From NCBI GenBank assembly GCA_905331295.1, contig CAJNYD010000125.1, forward strand, positions 1 through 64,000: DNA of 64,000 bases, given 5' to 3'. Shown in pieces: positions 1 to 11,606 of the stretch (positions within the stretch are counted from its first letter, which is position 1; the number at the start of each line of letters is the position of its first letter). The notes under the pieces are model-generated. The model was given only the letters and a program-made list of their open reading frames with translations, made no database searches and was not told where the DNA came from. Made by a program: the position numbers and the translations under genes. The DNA comes from Rotaria socialis (taxonomy: Eukaryota).

Positions 1-1739
1 AATAGGTCCTAAACCCGCATACTGTGTCAATTTTACTTTCTATTGTATACAAGCTATAACAACAGAAGCAACTGATTTCTTAGTGAAAACAATGTTTTTC
101 ACACATTCTGTGTCGATTAATAGGTATAATCTTACAGGTATCGTGAAATTTTGAGAGAAACATACATTTCTTCGCGGACATGCTTGAGTGATAGAAAAAG
201 AAACCATATTTATTGAAATGAGGTATGTTCAGATTTCCGAAAAGTAAATTCCGGAAAATAACAAATTTCTCTCTCATTATTAAAAGGCATACTAGAATGC
301 CAACAGAAATTTTCTTAAAACGTCCGTAGTTACCATTATATGCGAAAGAAAATTATCAGAAAATACCATATTTTCAGATACTTTCCAAAAAATTTCAGAA
401 ACCAGTTTCACATACAAAATGAAATTTCCCGTTAATTTCGAAATCTCATCCCGGTAGTTTTCGAAGTATTCATATTTAGCTAGGAAATTTTCTTTTTTGA
501 AAATCTGACCACTGCTGAAAATTTTCGGTCGGAACGTTGCATTCATCCTTTGACTTGTCCTACTGGTTTCCTATCGGGATCTCACCCTACTTATTAACCT
601 GGGCATAGATCTTATAGGCACTGTTCATCGCAGTAAAGCTGCTCATCGTGGATTTCAATTGGCAATTTTTTCTTATAACTAAAGATTGAAGCAGTAAGTT
701 GCTAAAAGATATTACAAAAATGTCAATGCCTTTATCTCATTTATTAACAGTAGTGTAACCATACAATTTTCATATAAACTTCTAAAAATCTGATTTTTGT
801 GTAGACTTCAATATATCGCAATATTTCCACATGTCGAAACTGGCACATTCATTGGATACTATTATTCCTCTTATGTCTTATATCTTATATCTGAAAATAT
901 TATTTTTCATCACGGAATGAAATGGAATTGAATATAAGGAACAAAAATCCTTTTTTAAAATCTACTGCAGATTCTTTCATATAAGAAGACATAGTATCCA
1001 GGTCAAAAGTTAATATTGATTGTTGATGATCTATTCACGAATGTTATTCTATTTTACAGGAGTAAAGTAGACAAAACCACAACCATGCATAAATGATAAC
1101 AATTACAGCAATAGTTTGATATCGTAATAGTTGCTCTGTTAAGAATCAAAGCACATCAACGGCCCTTCAAAAATATGTGCCAATGTTTTTATATATGAAT
1201 GTGTGCGTGCAAAAACAAATTACAGATTGTCTAAATTTAGGCATGTTACAGTATATGTACTTATTTGAAAACGGATACTAGTCACACGGCTAAAATTCAT
1301 GCAAGATTCATTTGAAAAATAGTAAAGTATCATAACCAAAAACAAAATTCAATAGAACCCAGTGTTCTAGTCTCTACGACTAAGATTTTCAAAGAGAATC
1401 GAACTCGGGTAGAGAAGTGTAATCTAGAATGGAATCACAGACTGTCGAATCTGAAATGAATTAGAGAAATGAATTGTTTCATGGGAAAATTTAATGTTGT
1501 TTTGCTATTAACAATATAAGTTTACTTTTCTCTTCTGTGTTTTTCAGGTGTGATCCATTAATTCTAACTGAAAGGCTAATAATGAAGACTATTCTTTTGA
1601 TCCTTAGCCTATCATCATTATTCTAGTCTATTCGATGTACAAATTAAAGTTCACCTTAAAAACGCATACTTAACTAGAAATATAACTCGTACAGATATTT
1701 AGCACTAGCTTTTATTCCTTTTTTACATGTTAAATATAG

Positions 1740-2710
1740 GTGGTACTACCTGCATATAAATTACAGCGTCCATCTGGGATTTTTGCAGACTTTGTTTCGA
1801 TGGCATTACGAATGTTGGTTTGCAATCCCATCGGTTGCATTGCATTCGGTGATCTTCTTAAAATACCATTTCCCATGATGGAGTAATCTGCTTGGAACTT
1901 TACGTTTCAATGCGAATTATTGTTTATTTAAGTCTAAAACATGAGACAAGAGTTTCGTGTACTATCATATCTTTGCTCTTTCGAAACAAAAAAATAGAAT
2001 TTTAGAACATTAAAACATTAAAACATAGATTCGGAAAACAGTTCATATTATAAAACTGTTCTCGGATGATGAACTATTATTGTCGATTTGGCGATTAGTT
2101 TGGGTGTGGGTGTAGCTGTAGTTCTTAGCCGTTGTCACAGCCACAGTCGCGCGGTGATACAAATATGTGGATAAGGATGAAGCGTCAATATCCGTTTATA
2201 TACGTCAAATCCGTTTGTTGGCATGATCAACCTTTTCATAAGCCCTTTTCCCTCGGAAAAACCTATAAGGATATATCTCCCGTTGCAAATTTATATGGCC
2301 TTGTACTAGTTTCTGTGTTGATGAACTTTTTTTCCGTAGTTGACCAGAATCCACCCTAAAACGCAGGGTTTATCATTGCAATAATAAACGCTCAATTTCA
2401 GGGTTGATACGGCTCAACTACGCAAAAAGAGTTTATCAACACAGAAACTAGTACAAGGGGATATGAATTTGCGACGGGAGATATACCCTTACGGGTTTTT
2501 CTGAGGAAAAAGTGTATATGAAAGGGTTGATCATGCCTATAAACGGATTTGGAGTTCATAAACGGATATTAAGGGTTTATCCTTCTCCACACATTTTTAT
2601 CAGTGCACCCACGCACATCCCTGTTGCGAAAACTTTTAATTTAGATTGTTCCAGTCGTTTTTATATCATCGAGACTATGTTTCCAGAAAGATTGTTGAGC
2701 ATTCATTTAC
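1740..2710 (-). pseudogene. Decayed gene relic of unknown family, interrupted by the foldback element
   Basis: Removing 2152-2605 plus one 2-bp TSD copy restores a continuous minus-strand frame KRLEQSKLKVFATGMCVG|ATVAVTTA. An upstream MNAQQSFWKHSLDDI is one frameshift away, and more ORF-like pieces with stops lie at 1740-1980. Confidence 0.35.
2152..2605. mobile_element. Foldback MITE (454-bp imperfect palindrome), CACTA/CMC-like CACTG terminus
   Basis: The two arms are reverse complements along their whole length, centred on ATTGCAAT (2375-2382). Right end reads CACTGATAAAAATGTGTGGAGAAGGAT on the minus strand; left end is CGGTGATACAAATATGTGGATAAGGAT. Flanks CG/CA fit a mutated 2-bp TSD. Confidence 0.85.
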
Positions 2711-3790
2711 CTTTATTTTTAACTAATTTAAGTGTATTAAAAATAGAGAGTATTTTGACAGTAAATATCAATGAATTATTATTGTGATCATTCCTTAACT
2801 GAGAGAGATTGTAAATTGATTTTTGTAAATCACTTGATTAAATCTCATCAAGAGAAAATGTGTTGAAATGAAACACCCCTTAACTCTTTAAATGTGCACA
2901 GGTTAAAATGTTTTTAACAATGGGCAATTGCCAGTATTAAAAAAAATTAGGTAGCAATAAAATTTGGTTTGGGTGGCAATTGCCCAATTGCTAACCTGAA
3001 GGCTAAGCCACTTCTTGGAATCTTATGGTGAGTATATTATTGCGAAATGCCCCTGGAGAAAAAGATAGTGAAGAAAGTCGGCTGTTGATGCTTGCTTATA
3101 ACTGTTGTACGATAATTTTTTTTCGGTTCAGCTATCTTTACACTGTTTTTCAGAGATAGTGTGGTCTCTACGAGTTAGATAATCGTCAGTCATTAGATAG
3201 TAATGGACGAATTTATTAGTAAAGTTTTATATTTTGTATTGAGAGATCACTGAATTACTCATTAATGGCCCCCTAGATATCTACTACATTTGAGCCTCTC
3301 ATGAGTTCTCTCTAGTTTCAATTAATTCTGTTTCAAACATACTGGGTTCCTTGTTTGAATCTGATCAAAATTTGTGTTGACCTTCAAAGAAGTAGCACAT
3401 GAGAATATTTTTGATCTTTGGTATGACAACTAATTAGCAGCTAAATGACTATAAGAAAAAAATCATGAAAGCATCTAAAATAAATGAGAACAAACTATTT
3501 AGATCAGTAAAATAAATTAAACGATCATTCAAGAAATTTGTGAATGATCACACTCTAAATATTGAATGATCAGTGCAAAAATTATCGGTAAGTAATAATG
3601 AAATGATCAGTTTATTTGATATAATTACGAGTAAAAATATTAATTTTAACCATATTTAAAGTATAATAGAATAAAGAAAATAAAATTGAATGAATTAGAA
3701 AATTTTATAGAAATTCAAAGAACACAGTAGAAAAGAGAAAACAAATAGAAAAATATTTTACTAGCATAGCGAGTTTAGTCTTAACTCGAG

Positions 3791-4096
3791 GGGTGTCCAA
3801 GGACTGAGGATTAGGAATTCCTCATCAGTTCCCCTACAGTTCCTTGCATACTAAAGATAAAAGTATGGAATATTCACGATAATTTTTGTTTTTACATTCA
3901 TTTCCACTTGAAAAATTGTGCGAATCAATGATTTCATGCAAAAAATATTTTTAAAACAGCACTATCGTAACTTTTGTGAATGGTGGAACAGGGAGAGAAC
4001 CTATAGTTGATTCCCATTTCCTCTAGGAATTATCACAGCGGCACTGACAATTCCTCGACACATTAGGAATTCCTATTTCTCAGTCCTTGGACACTG
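3791..4096. mobile_element. MITE with about 30-bp terminal inverted repeats
   Basis: GGGTGTCCAAGGACTGAGGATTAGGAATTCCT at the left matches the reverse complement of AGGAATTCCTATTTCTCAGTCCTTGGACACTG at the right. No clear TSD. Confidence 0.75.
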
Positions 4097-5045
4097 CTGG
4101 ATTTTTTTAACAAATCAAATGAAATAGTTAATTTAATTCTGAAACTAATGTAGGAATGAAAAAAAACGGGAACGGAAGCGGAGAGAAAGGTTTTTTTGCG
4201 ATCGAGAATGCGGGGAAAAAGACAAAAAATTACTAATAAAAATGTAAACTGAAAAAATAAAATTTTTTCCCACAACCTCAGGGGGATACTTATTCAACCT
4301 ATACTCGTATATGCGTCCATCGAACTCACTCCATACGCGACACTCAGTAATACTTGAATCACATACCACAACTATTTCTTCATCTATTTATAGTAAAATT
4401 GTATTTCATCTTCTGCATAGTTTTTAGAGTTCATTATCAGATATTTTCAATTGATCTTTCTATCTCTTTAGTATTATCAAATGTAGTTTGTTTAATTCTA
4501 TATTTATGTCTCTTTTTTTCGACTCTTTTGTCTCAATTTAGACTATTATATGCATCTATCGATTTATTTGATAAATCTCTTTCGTTACTGAGCAGCCTGT
4601 GTCTCTTTCATCTATTTTACTTATTAGATCTATCTGATGACGAGGGAGACTGGGTGTGGGTGGTATTTCGAATTTACTGAAATTTAAGCATGGTTAATAA
4701 ACGTAAATAAATTCTTCGAACATAAATGAAGTCTTAGAAAAGATAGCTTCTTACAAAATAGGCCCCGGTAGCCTGTCATATTCAGGACTAGAAAAAAGAA
4801 ACAATTTCTGCGTATTTATATGTCGTTAAATTTCAAAGTTTAGTTACGCACAATTCGTCATTAAAAGCCATAAGATTAGAGCTGCTCAACTCAGTCGAAA
4901 CTGAGCGTAATTCAATGGGTAAGGGTTAGTATATCTAAGCATATTGTACATGCTATTTCTTTGAATTGCGCATGAAGCAACGTTTATTTCATGAAAGCTT
5001 CAATCAATATGTGGTTTATACAGTGGAGTCGCCATTAAGAATCTA

Positions 5046-5257
5046 TTCAGGTGAATGAATCCGACAGGGAATCCTATCGGATCTCATGGGATCCGACGAA
5101 AACAAAATTTTCTTAATCATCAATGAATAAGCATATGTTGTCAACAGAACACATGGGTCGAATGCTTATGTTGGATTCTGTTAAATTTCAACGCTGGAGC
5201 CTATCAGATTCCGACACGAATCCGATAGGATCCTACTATCAGAATCATTCTCCTGGG
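5046..5257. mobile_element. CCCAGG-terminated MITE (CMC/EnSpm-like), TSD TA
   Basis: Left TTCAGGTGAATGAATCCGACAGGGAATCCTATCGGA versus right-end reverse complement CCCAGGAGAATGATTCTGATAGTAGGATCCTATCGGA. TA on both flanks; internal ATCCGA/TCGGAT repeats. Confidence 0.75.
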
Positions 5258-5402
5258 TAATTCAAAAGATGTATAGGATCAATCTATGTAGGCGAAAGAT
5301 GATCACTAGATACTTGACATTTGTAAAATTATTTTCCTTTGTAGGTTTATTCGAGTTGTATATTTGAAACAATCAAAAATTTAGTCATTTAGATTGAGAG
5401 AA

Positions 5403-5695
5403 CCCAGGTCGAACAGTATGGTCCGTATACGGCTGTTTATACGTTTACTTTACGACTATTTTCCGGCAAAAGTTTGCCGTAATATCTAGCACAGTAATAC
5501 GGACCGTATGATCATGAGATTACGGAGTACAAACAGCCGTAAACCATGAAAATTCAGTCCTGTTTACGGTGTCGTATTACTGTGCCAGGTATTACGGGCA
5601 AATACGGCCTATTTACTGCCGTAAATATACCGCGTTTTGACATCGTTTACCGTCGATAAACAGACTGTAAACGAGTCCGTTTTTATCAACCTGGG
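5403..5695. mobile_element. CCCAGG-terminated MITE (CMC/EnSpm-like), TSD AA
   Basis: CCCAGGT...ACCTGGG termini with extended imperfect TIRs, AA on both flanks, many ACGG/CCGT subterminal repeats. Confidence 0.8.
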
Positions 5696-5773
5696 AAGAC
5701 TTGAATCATTAGTTTTCATTAAATGAAATTTCTAGACTAAGAATTTAAAAGCAAATAAACAGTTCTGGTTCTC

Positions 5774-7395
5774 ATGGCATCTAACATTAGCAACGCAGCT
5801 AACGAGCAATCATCACACGTCAATGTAAGCAGCAGCGAACCTATAACCATTTCCGAATATTCAGTTGAAAAAACGATAGGACCAACAGGGCCCACGATGA
5901 AATATGAAGTCATAACAAACAAAGGGATTATCCAAGGTGCTGAAAGAACCGAAGTCAGTGGACCGCAGATTAACAACAGCAAGCAGATTAATAATATTCC
6001 CATAGTCGCTGTCGAAGATGATGAGACCGAACCAAGTCGTGAGGTGGCAACAGTGAATCCCACGACTACAGCAATCGTTCCTAGTCAACCACAAATCCCG
6101 CTGAGGGGAATAGATTTTGTGCCTATTCCTATGCAACAAGTGGTTTCATTGGCATTTCCTATTGATCCATATAGTTTCGATCATTTCAGGAAATATATCG
6201 GTAGTAAGTTGTGCTATAATGCTGCACCTCTCGATCAATCAAAAATAATCAAGACGCAAGAACGTGTTGCATATCGCGTTGATATCTGGACGCTAATGGA
6301 AAACCGCACTCTCGAATGGACAACAAAACCATATCGTGACGAAGACACACCTAATAGAACCGTTGGAAATATTTTTGACTGGGACGATATCTCATTTGAT
6401 TGTCCTAGAGCTGATGTGGAAGGAATTGTCAAAAAATCGTATCCGTTAGAAGATACGCAGGCTAAAATAGTGTGTGGCTTTTGCAGAGGACAAGGTGCAC
6501 AAAAATGTGCTCAATGCTATGGACAGGGACATTTCATACCTCAAAATGGTTATAGCACACGATGTTTAGCCTGTAATGGTCAGGGTACACTGAGTTGTGT
6601 TCATTGCGATAGATCCGGTTTTCTTCTTAAAGTGGCTACACTGAAGTTCGAATGGGAATCGATCAACTCAGTAAATTGCTATCAAAACACATTTCTACCT
6701 GATAAATTGATTCGCCTAAGACGTAACAAACCTGTTGTGTTCGATGGTGCCATTAAATGGAACAGTAGTATGNNNNNNNNNNNNNNNNNNNNNNNNNNNN
6801 NNNNNNNNNNNNNNNNNNNNNNNNNNNNNNNNNNNNNNNNNNNNNNNNNNNNNNNNNNNNNNNNNNNNNNNNNNNNNNNNNNNNNNNNNNNNNNNNNNNN
6901 NNNNNNNNNNNNNNNNNNNNNNNNNNNNNNNNNNNNNNNNNNNNNNNNNNNNNNNNNNNNNNNNNNNNNNNNNNNNNNNNNNNNNNNNNNNNNNNNNNNN
7001 NNNNNNNNNNNNNNNNNNNNNNNNNNNNNNNNNNNNNNNNNNNNNNNNNNNNNNNNNNNNNNNNNNNNNNNNNNNNNNNNNNNNNNNNNNNNNNNNNNNN
7101 NNNNNNNNNNNNNNNNNNNNNNNNNNNNNNNNNNNNNNNNNNNNNNNNNNNNNNNNNNNNNNNNNNNNNNNNNATATATAAAAGGATCTTCTTGTATCCA
7201 TTAACCTTTTCTTTTTAAATTAATCGATTATATTGATGTAAATCTGTTTTTTTTATAGGGACTGATAATTTTACTTATTTAGTTTATGGTGTTGGTGATA
7301 ATGGTACAGCAATGATCTACGAAAATGACTATCCTATTAACTGTTGCGGTTGTATAGGCTCGAAGGGTTGTAGATGCAACTGCACGATATCTTAA
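5774..7395 (+). CDS. SSUH2: SSUH2-like protein (DnaJ-type CxxCxGxG zinc-finger repeats, C-terminal CaaX); middle lost in N gap 6773-7173
   Basis: CGFCRGQG, CAQCYGQG, CLACNGQG, CVHCDRSG repeats. The last exon after the AG at 7258 reads FTYLVYGVG...IYENDYPINCCGC...CNCTIS*, which resembles the SSUH2 C-terminus. Confidence 0.85.
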
Positions 7396-8657
7396 TGAAC
7401 AAAGCAATGTCGACAAGGAACTTGATAGAAATGATAGTCTTTGAACATCTCATTAGAATTTTCTCTAAAACAGTATCATAAAGTATTTGCTTTCATACCA
7501 ACTGACATTGAAAACGTGTGCAAGCAGCAAATCAAACTCATCCAGCTTGCCGTATTTTTTCATTCTTTTTATTCGAATAGCTCTATAGAACATATGAGTA
7601 TCTTTTCTTATTAGAGGATTCACTGCTGAAATATTAAGTATTTTAATAGTGTGGCAATGAAACAGGCATTTATGAGTTGAATTTTGAACTTTTTAGAAAT
7701 AAAATCGCATCAACTAGCTTGAAGTGGAATTTTTAGCATTAAATAGAATGCACTCTTTATTATACTTTAATGGATATATCAGTAGTGTTTTCGTTATCGT
7801 ACGACTCGTTTTATTCGAAAATACAAGAATCCGGGGAAATAAGCAGCTCATATCTCTCGTGATATCTGTCTATGAGAACATCTACATACGTATATGAAGT
7901 CCCAGAAGAACAATGTGACAGTTCATATTTAAAATAAATTTTCACGATAAAAATATATTGATGAATATCGAATCTAGTGAATATCATCCGGTCTTTCTTC
8001 GCCAACAAGTTCTTCACATAGCATATCACGTGCCTTATACTCATATTGTTGTATTTATCGCCGTGAACCAGAAAAAAAGAACTTTGATTAAACCACTTAT
8101 CTCGTGTTCTTGATAGAAATGGCAACAAGTGAAGAAGAAAACACAGTTCGACTTTGCATCATGATAGAGAAAATTTTCTTGATATTCTTATTCACATTAT
8201 TTTAAATATCATATTCCTACACAGAAAAACTTCACATGTACAAAACGTAAAATTGCCAGACATGGAAGAGGAAATATGTTGTTCTTATTAAATTGAAAAT
8301 TACCTATAAACTCCAGACTTTAAACGACATCCGCGTGACTATTATTGAATTATTGTTAATAGTATCATTTGCAATAATGACCTAACTAGAATATTTTACA
8401 GGAATCAAACGTAATACTGAGACTTATTAATCTTCTACAATGTTTATTATAATGTTCATTGAATTCATGTTTTAAACATGTTTTCGGCTTTTCATTGAAA
8501 ATTTCTTTTAGAAATTAGCTCTATCAAAAATATCTGTGCATCATACTGTTTAGATTTAAATAGTAGTTTGCATTGGTCGAAATTGTGAAAATCAATATTC
8601 GGTTTTGATTGATATAGATTCACTCAATAATGTTTTTAAACAAAGAGAAGATATTTA

Positions 8658-9235
8658 AACTAGATGGTATTCGATTTTCACTCGCCTACGAAATGCTGTG
8701 CGAAGCACACGAGCCGAATATTCGAAAGCAGTGAGAATAAGATTTAAAAAATAAATGATCCACTTTAAGATTCATTAGAATCGAGTATTTTTTAAATTTC
8801 CATATAAGAATTTTGAATAAAAATTTCGCATTCACTATTCTTAAATCGACCATTTTGAATTTCATCACTAGGAGATCTTTCTGAAAATGTAACAACCAGT
8901 TTTCTAACGATTTTTTTCATTGAACGATTAATTATTTTCATGAATCATTATCTTGAATCAGATGTAAGGCAATAGGCTATTGGTTAACAACTATTGATGA
9001 CGCCATTTTAATTAGCACGAAAGTCTGAAACGGTAAATATCTTTCAAAATCGTCATTTTAGGAGAATATTTCTGAGCAAACAAAATATCGTATTAAAATT
9101 TTGAAAACGAATATCACAAGTTCAATATTCATATTTTCACCTCTAGTTTGAATAACTTTTCTATGATTTTTCGTTCTCGAGATTATCGCACAACAAAATG
9201 ACTATTTTAATGCGAACGCGTCAAGTTAAAAACAA
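8658..9235 (-). mobile_element. Diverged Helentron-associated (HINE/DINE-1-like) element, family B copy 1
   Basis: Shares the AACTAGATGGTATTC...CACTCG..TACGAAATGC..TGCGAAGC end and internal blocks (TCGTCATTTT.G....ATTTCTGAG..AACAAAA) with 9241-9660. Confidence 0.6.
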
Positions 9236-9240
9236 AAAAA

Positions 9241-9660
9241 AACTAGATGGTATTCAAGTTTCACTCGAATACGAAATGCGATGCGAAGCTCGAATCGGAT
9301 CTTCCCGAAAAATCTATAATTCAGAGAAATCTTGAATACTTTTTATGTCGACATGATGAAGTTCATCACTGAGAAAACTCTATTCTTACTTAGCGATACG
9401 TTCGTAAGGATCGATTTCGATTGATCGATTAATTAGCTCCATGATTTCATATCTGAGATCCGCTGTAAATGAATAGACTATAGTAGCTAACATATGTTCA
9501 TGACGTCACTTTAATTATTTCGCAACAAATTTCTTTCATTTTCGTCATTTTGGAACCACATTTCTGAGTGAACAAAACTTTGGATTGAAGATTCGAGCTT
9601 CGCATCGCATTAAAAACTCGCGACGGACTACATAAATGCTTCTGCTTCGCATCGCATTAA
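9241..9660 (-). mobile_element. Helentron-associated (HINE/DINE-1-like) element, family B copy 2
   Basis: On the minus strand: 5' TTAATGCGATGCGAAGC subterminal repeat with a short IR (GCATTT), a duplicated copy, then inverted GCTTCGCATCGCATT, hairpin GTATTCGAGTGAAACTTGAATAC and terminal CATCTAGTT next to a T-run. Confidence 0.75.
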
Positions 9661-9664
9661 TAAA

Positions 9665-11055
9665 ATTCCCTCTACTGAAAGGAGGGTATTACGAAAAACG
9701 AGTTAAATGCGTTCGTTCGTAAGTTCGTAAGTTCGTAAGTTCGTAAGTTCGTAAGTTCGTTCGTCCAATAGGAAAGCAGATGCATAAACTTCACAAGATC
9801 GTCACATTTTCTTGATAGGAATTCTCTGTAGGGAAATTTTTTGAGGGTACCATTCGATGATGATTATAGTGTTAGATGTATCGTATGGTTATGTGAGATT
9901 TCATTACGAATAGGCATCGTGCGGTGGAAGTGATTCTCAATTTGGGAGCGGCTAGCCGTGAGTGGCGCTCCGCAGGGGCGCCGACGAACGACTAGCCGCT
10001 CGCCTGCACTGAGACTTTGAAAGCTTTTTTCAAAGTCTTCAGTTTATTCTTGATATCTTAACTATTATTGCAGCACGAAGAATTTATTCAAACTTAACTC
10101 CTAGAATTCTAGATTAGCGCATCTACGAACGGACGCAAACTGGATAAGTAATCGGGAATCGTGTGTCATTCTTCTCTAAATTGTGATGAATTTATCGCAT
10201 ATGTAGATGAAAATGGAATTTAATTAGTCCCACAACTGTTGTTTTCGGGTTTTTCTGAAAATTCTCTTCGGTTTTATCTATTAATTATAGAATGAGGCGA
10301 TGCTTTCAATCAATAATGCAGTATTTAAAAGGATCACTTTCACCGCATATATGAGATAAAACAAGTGGGGGCGGCCAGTCGTGAGTGGCGCCCCTCTGGG
10401 GCGCCGACGAACGACTAGCAGCCCCCACCAGTTAAAAATCTGTTGTGATTATCAGACTACAAGCCTTGCAGACTTATAGAACAGTTACATGTTGTGTCGA
10501 TCAGAAAAGTTGAAAGAATTTTCGAAAATAGGACATATCTTGAATTTCTTCCGAAGACAGGTCGTTAAATAATTGCTCAACTCGTGTGAAATATCTGAAA
10601 CTTATATTTGTCGTGATAATCTTAATAAGTTTAGTTTTTCCTGAATGCGAGTAGATTTGATTCAAAAGATGTTAATCTTAGATTTATCTATGTGTGAACG
10701 TGCATCCGAGAATGGGGTATTTAGATCATAGCTCTCCTGAATGGGTCTTTTTCTTCACTCCGTTATCAAGCTGATCGAGAGTTTTCGGAGCATAGCTTGA
10801 GCTGTAGCAGATCGGATGCACTTAACTTTACTATTGCCATATAGTATTAGTGAGTACTACTTAAATGCCGTTTTCTTGGTGATACTTCGAAGCATGTTTT
10901 CTATTTATGCTCGATTATCAATCGTGTTTTCCATGAAAATCCTTTCAAAGCTATAAAATGTGAAGTCTCTCCGCTAGATAGTTTAGAATAGGTACGTTCT
11001 ACATGACTAAATCCTTTCAGTAGAGGGTCAGCGGCGCTTATGCCGCGTTACTTGT
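9665..11055 (+). mobile_element. Helentron-associated (HINE/DINE-1-like) non-autonomous element, family A
   Basis: 16-bp subterminal IRs CCCTCTACTGAAAGGA (9668-9683) and TCCTTTCAGTAGAGGG (11012-11027), 5' partial IR AGGGTATT, microsatellite after the 5' end, 3' stem-loop GCGGCG-CTTA-TGCCGC (11031-11046) and terminal TTACTTGT. This is the DINE-1/HINE layout. Confidence 0.8.
9711..9764 (+). repeat. (GTTCGTAA)n microsatellite inside the HINE-like element
   Basis: About five tandem GTTCGTAA units flanked by GTTC. Confidence 0.95.
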
Positions 11056-11346
11056 AGTATTGAATATCGGATGAAGATCCAATTGTTTATTCAATGAACA
11101 GACATAGCTGTGAGTAAGAACTCCACAAGCAAGTAACTGACACGAGTTCGAACGATTGTAAGGGACAATCGAGTTAATTTGATTGTAAAGAACAATCAAG
11201 TTGAAAAGAAAAAGGTAATATGTAATTGATCAAAAAGATGATTCTTTTTGATAGAGAAGAACAGTAGTAGTCAGAGAAGAAAAAGAAGAATTAGTAATAT
11301 CAAGAAGCTTCTAAGAAACTAGAAGAGAAAAAAAGAGTAATTATTT

Positions 11347-11606
11347 CCCAGGAGGATCATCCTGCCATCTGAAAGGCCATCGGAAACGGCCTGAAACGGC
11401 TATAAAACGACATAAAACGGCAATAATTTTCACCCTACTTCGCCGTAATCCGTCAACTCGTTTTACGGGCCAATTTTTTTTGCTAGAAAACGGCCATCGC
11501 TTTTAACACTATTCTCTTCGTTTTCCGAGCTGACGGAAAACGGCGCCGTTTTTTAATGTTTTACATCGTTTTTATGCCGTTTACGGGCAGTTTTCTTTCA
11601 CCTGGG
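11347..11606. mobile_element. CCCAGG-terminated MITE (CMC/EnSpm-like), TSD TT
   Basis: CCCAGG...CCTGGG termini, TT on both flanks, tandem AAACGGC subterminal repeats at the left and GCCGTTT at the right. Confidence 0.8.

Noticed and set aside
1358..1485. CCCAGTG...CATGGG with AA flanks as another CMC MITE
   Set aside because: The terminal match is only 4 bp.
2101..2113. TGGGTGTGGGTGT resembling the Adineta telomeric repeat TGTGGG (also at 4651-4662)
   Set aside because: Only about two units each. Both read as Thr/Pro codons in minus-strand ORF relics, and there is no Athena/Terminon reverse transcriptase nearby.
4634..4690. CTGATGA...GAAA hammerhead-like core
   Set aside because: No stem I pairing and no proper stem II closing pair.
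4145..4690. Minus-strand ORF remnants (IPPTPSLPRHQIDL, ITECRVWSEFDGRIYEY)
   Set aside because: Several stops and no recognisable family, so not called as a feature.
6773..7173. ORFs running through the N stretch
   Set aside because: Assembly gap; the X-filled ORFs are artefacts.
7811..8128. 105-aa minus-strand ORF
   Set aside because: No true ATG start, splice support or recognisable motif.
9711..9764. CRISPR-like array
   Set aside because: Simple tandem 8-mer without spacers, in a eukaryotic context.
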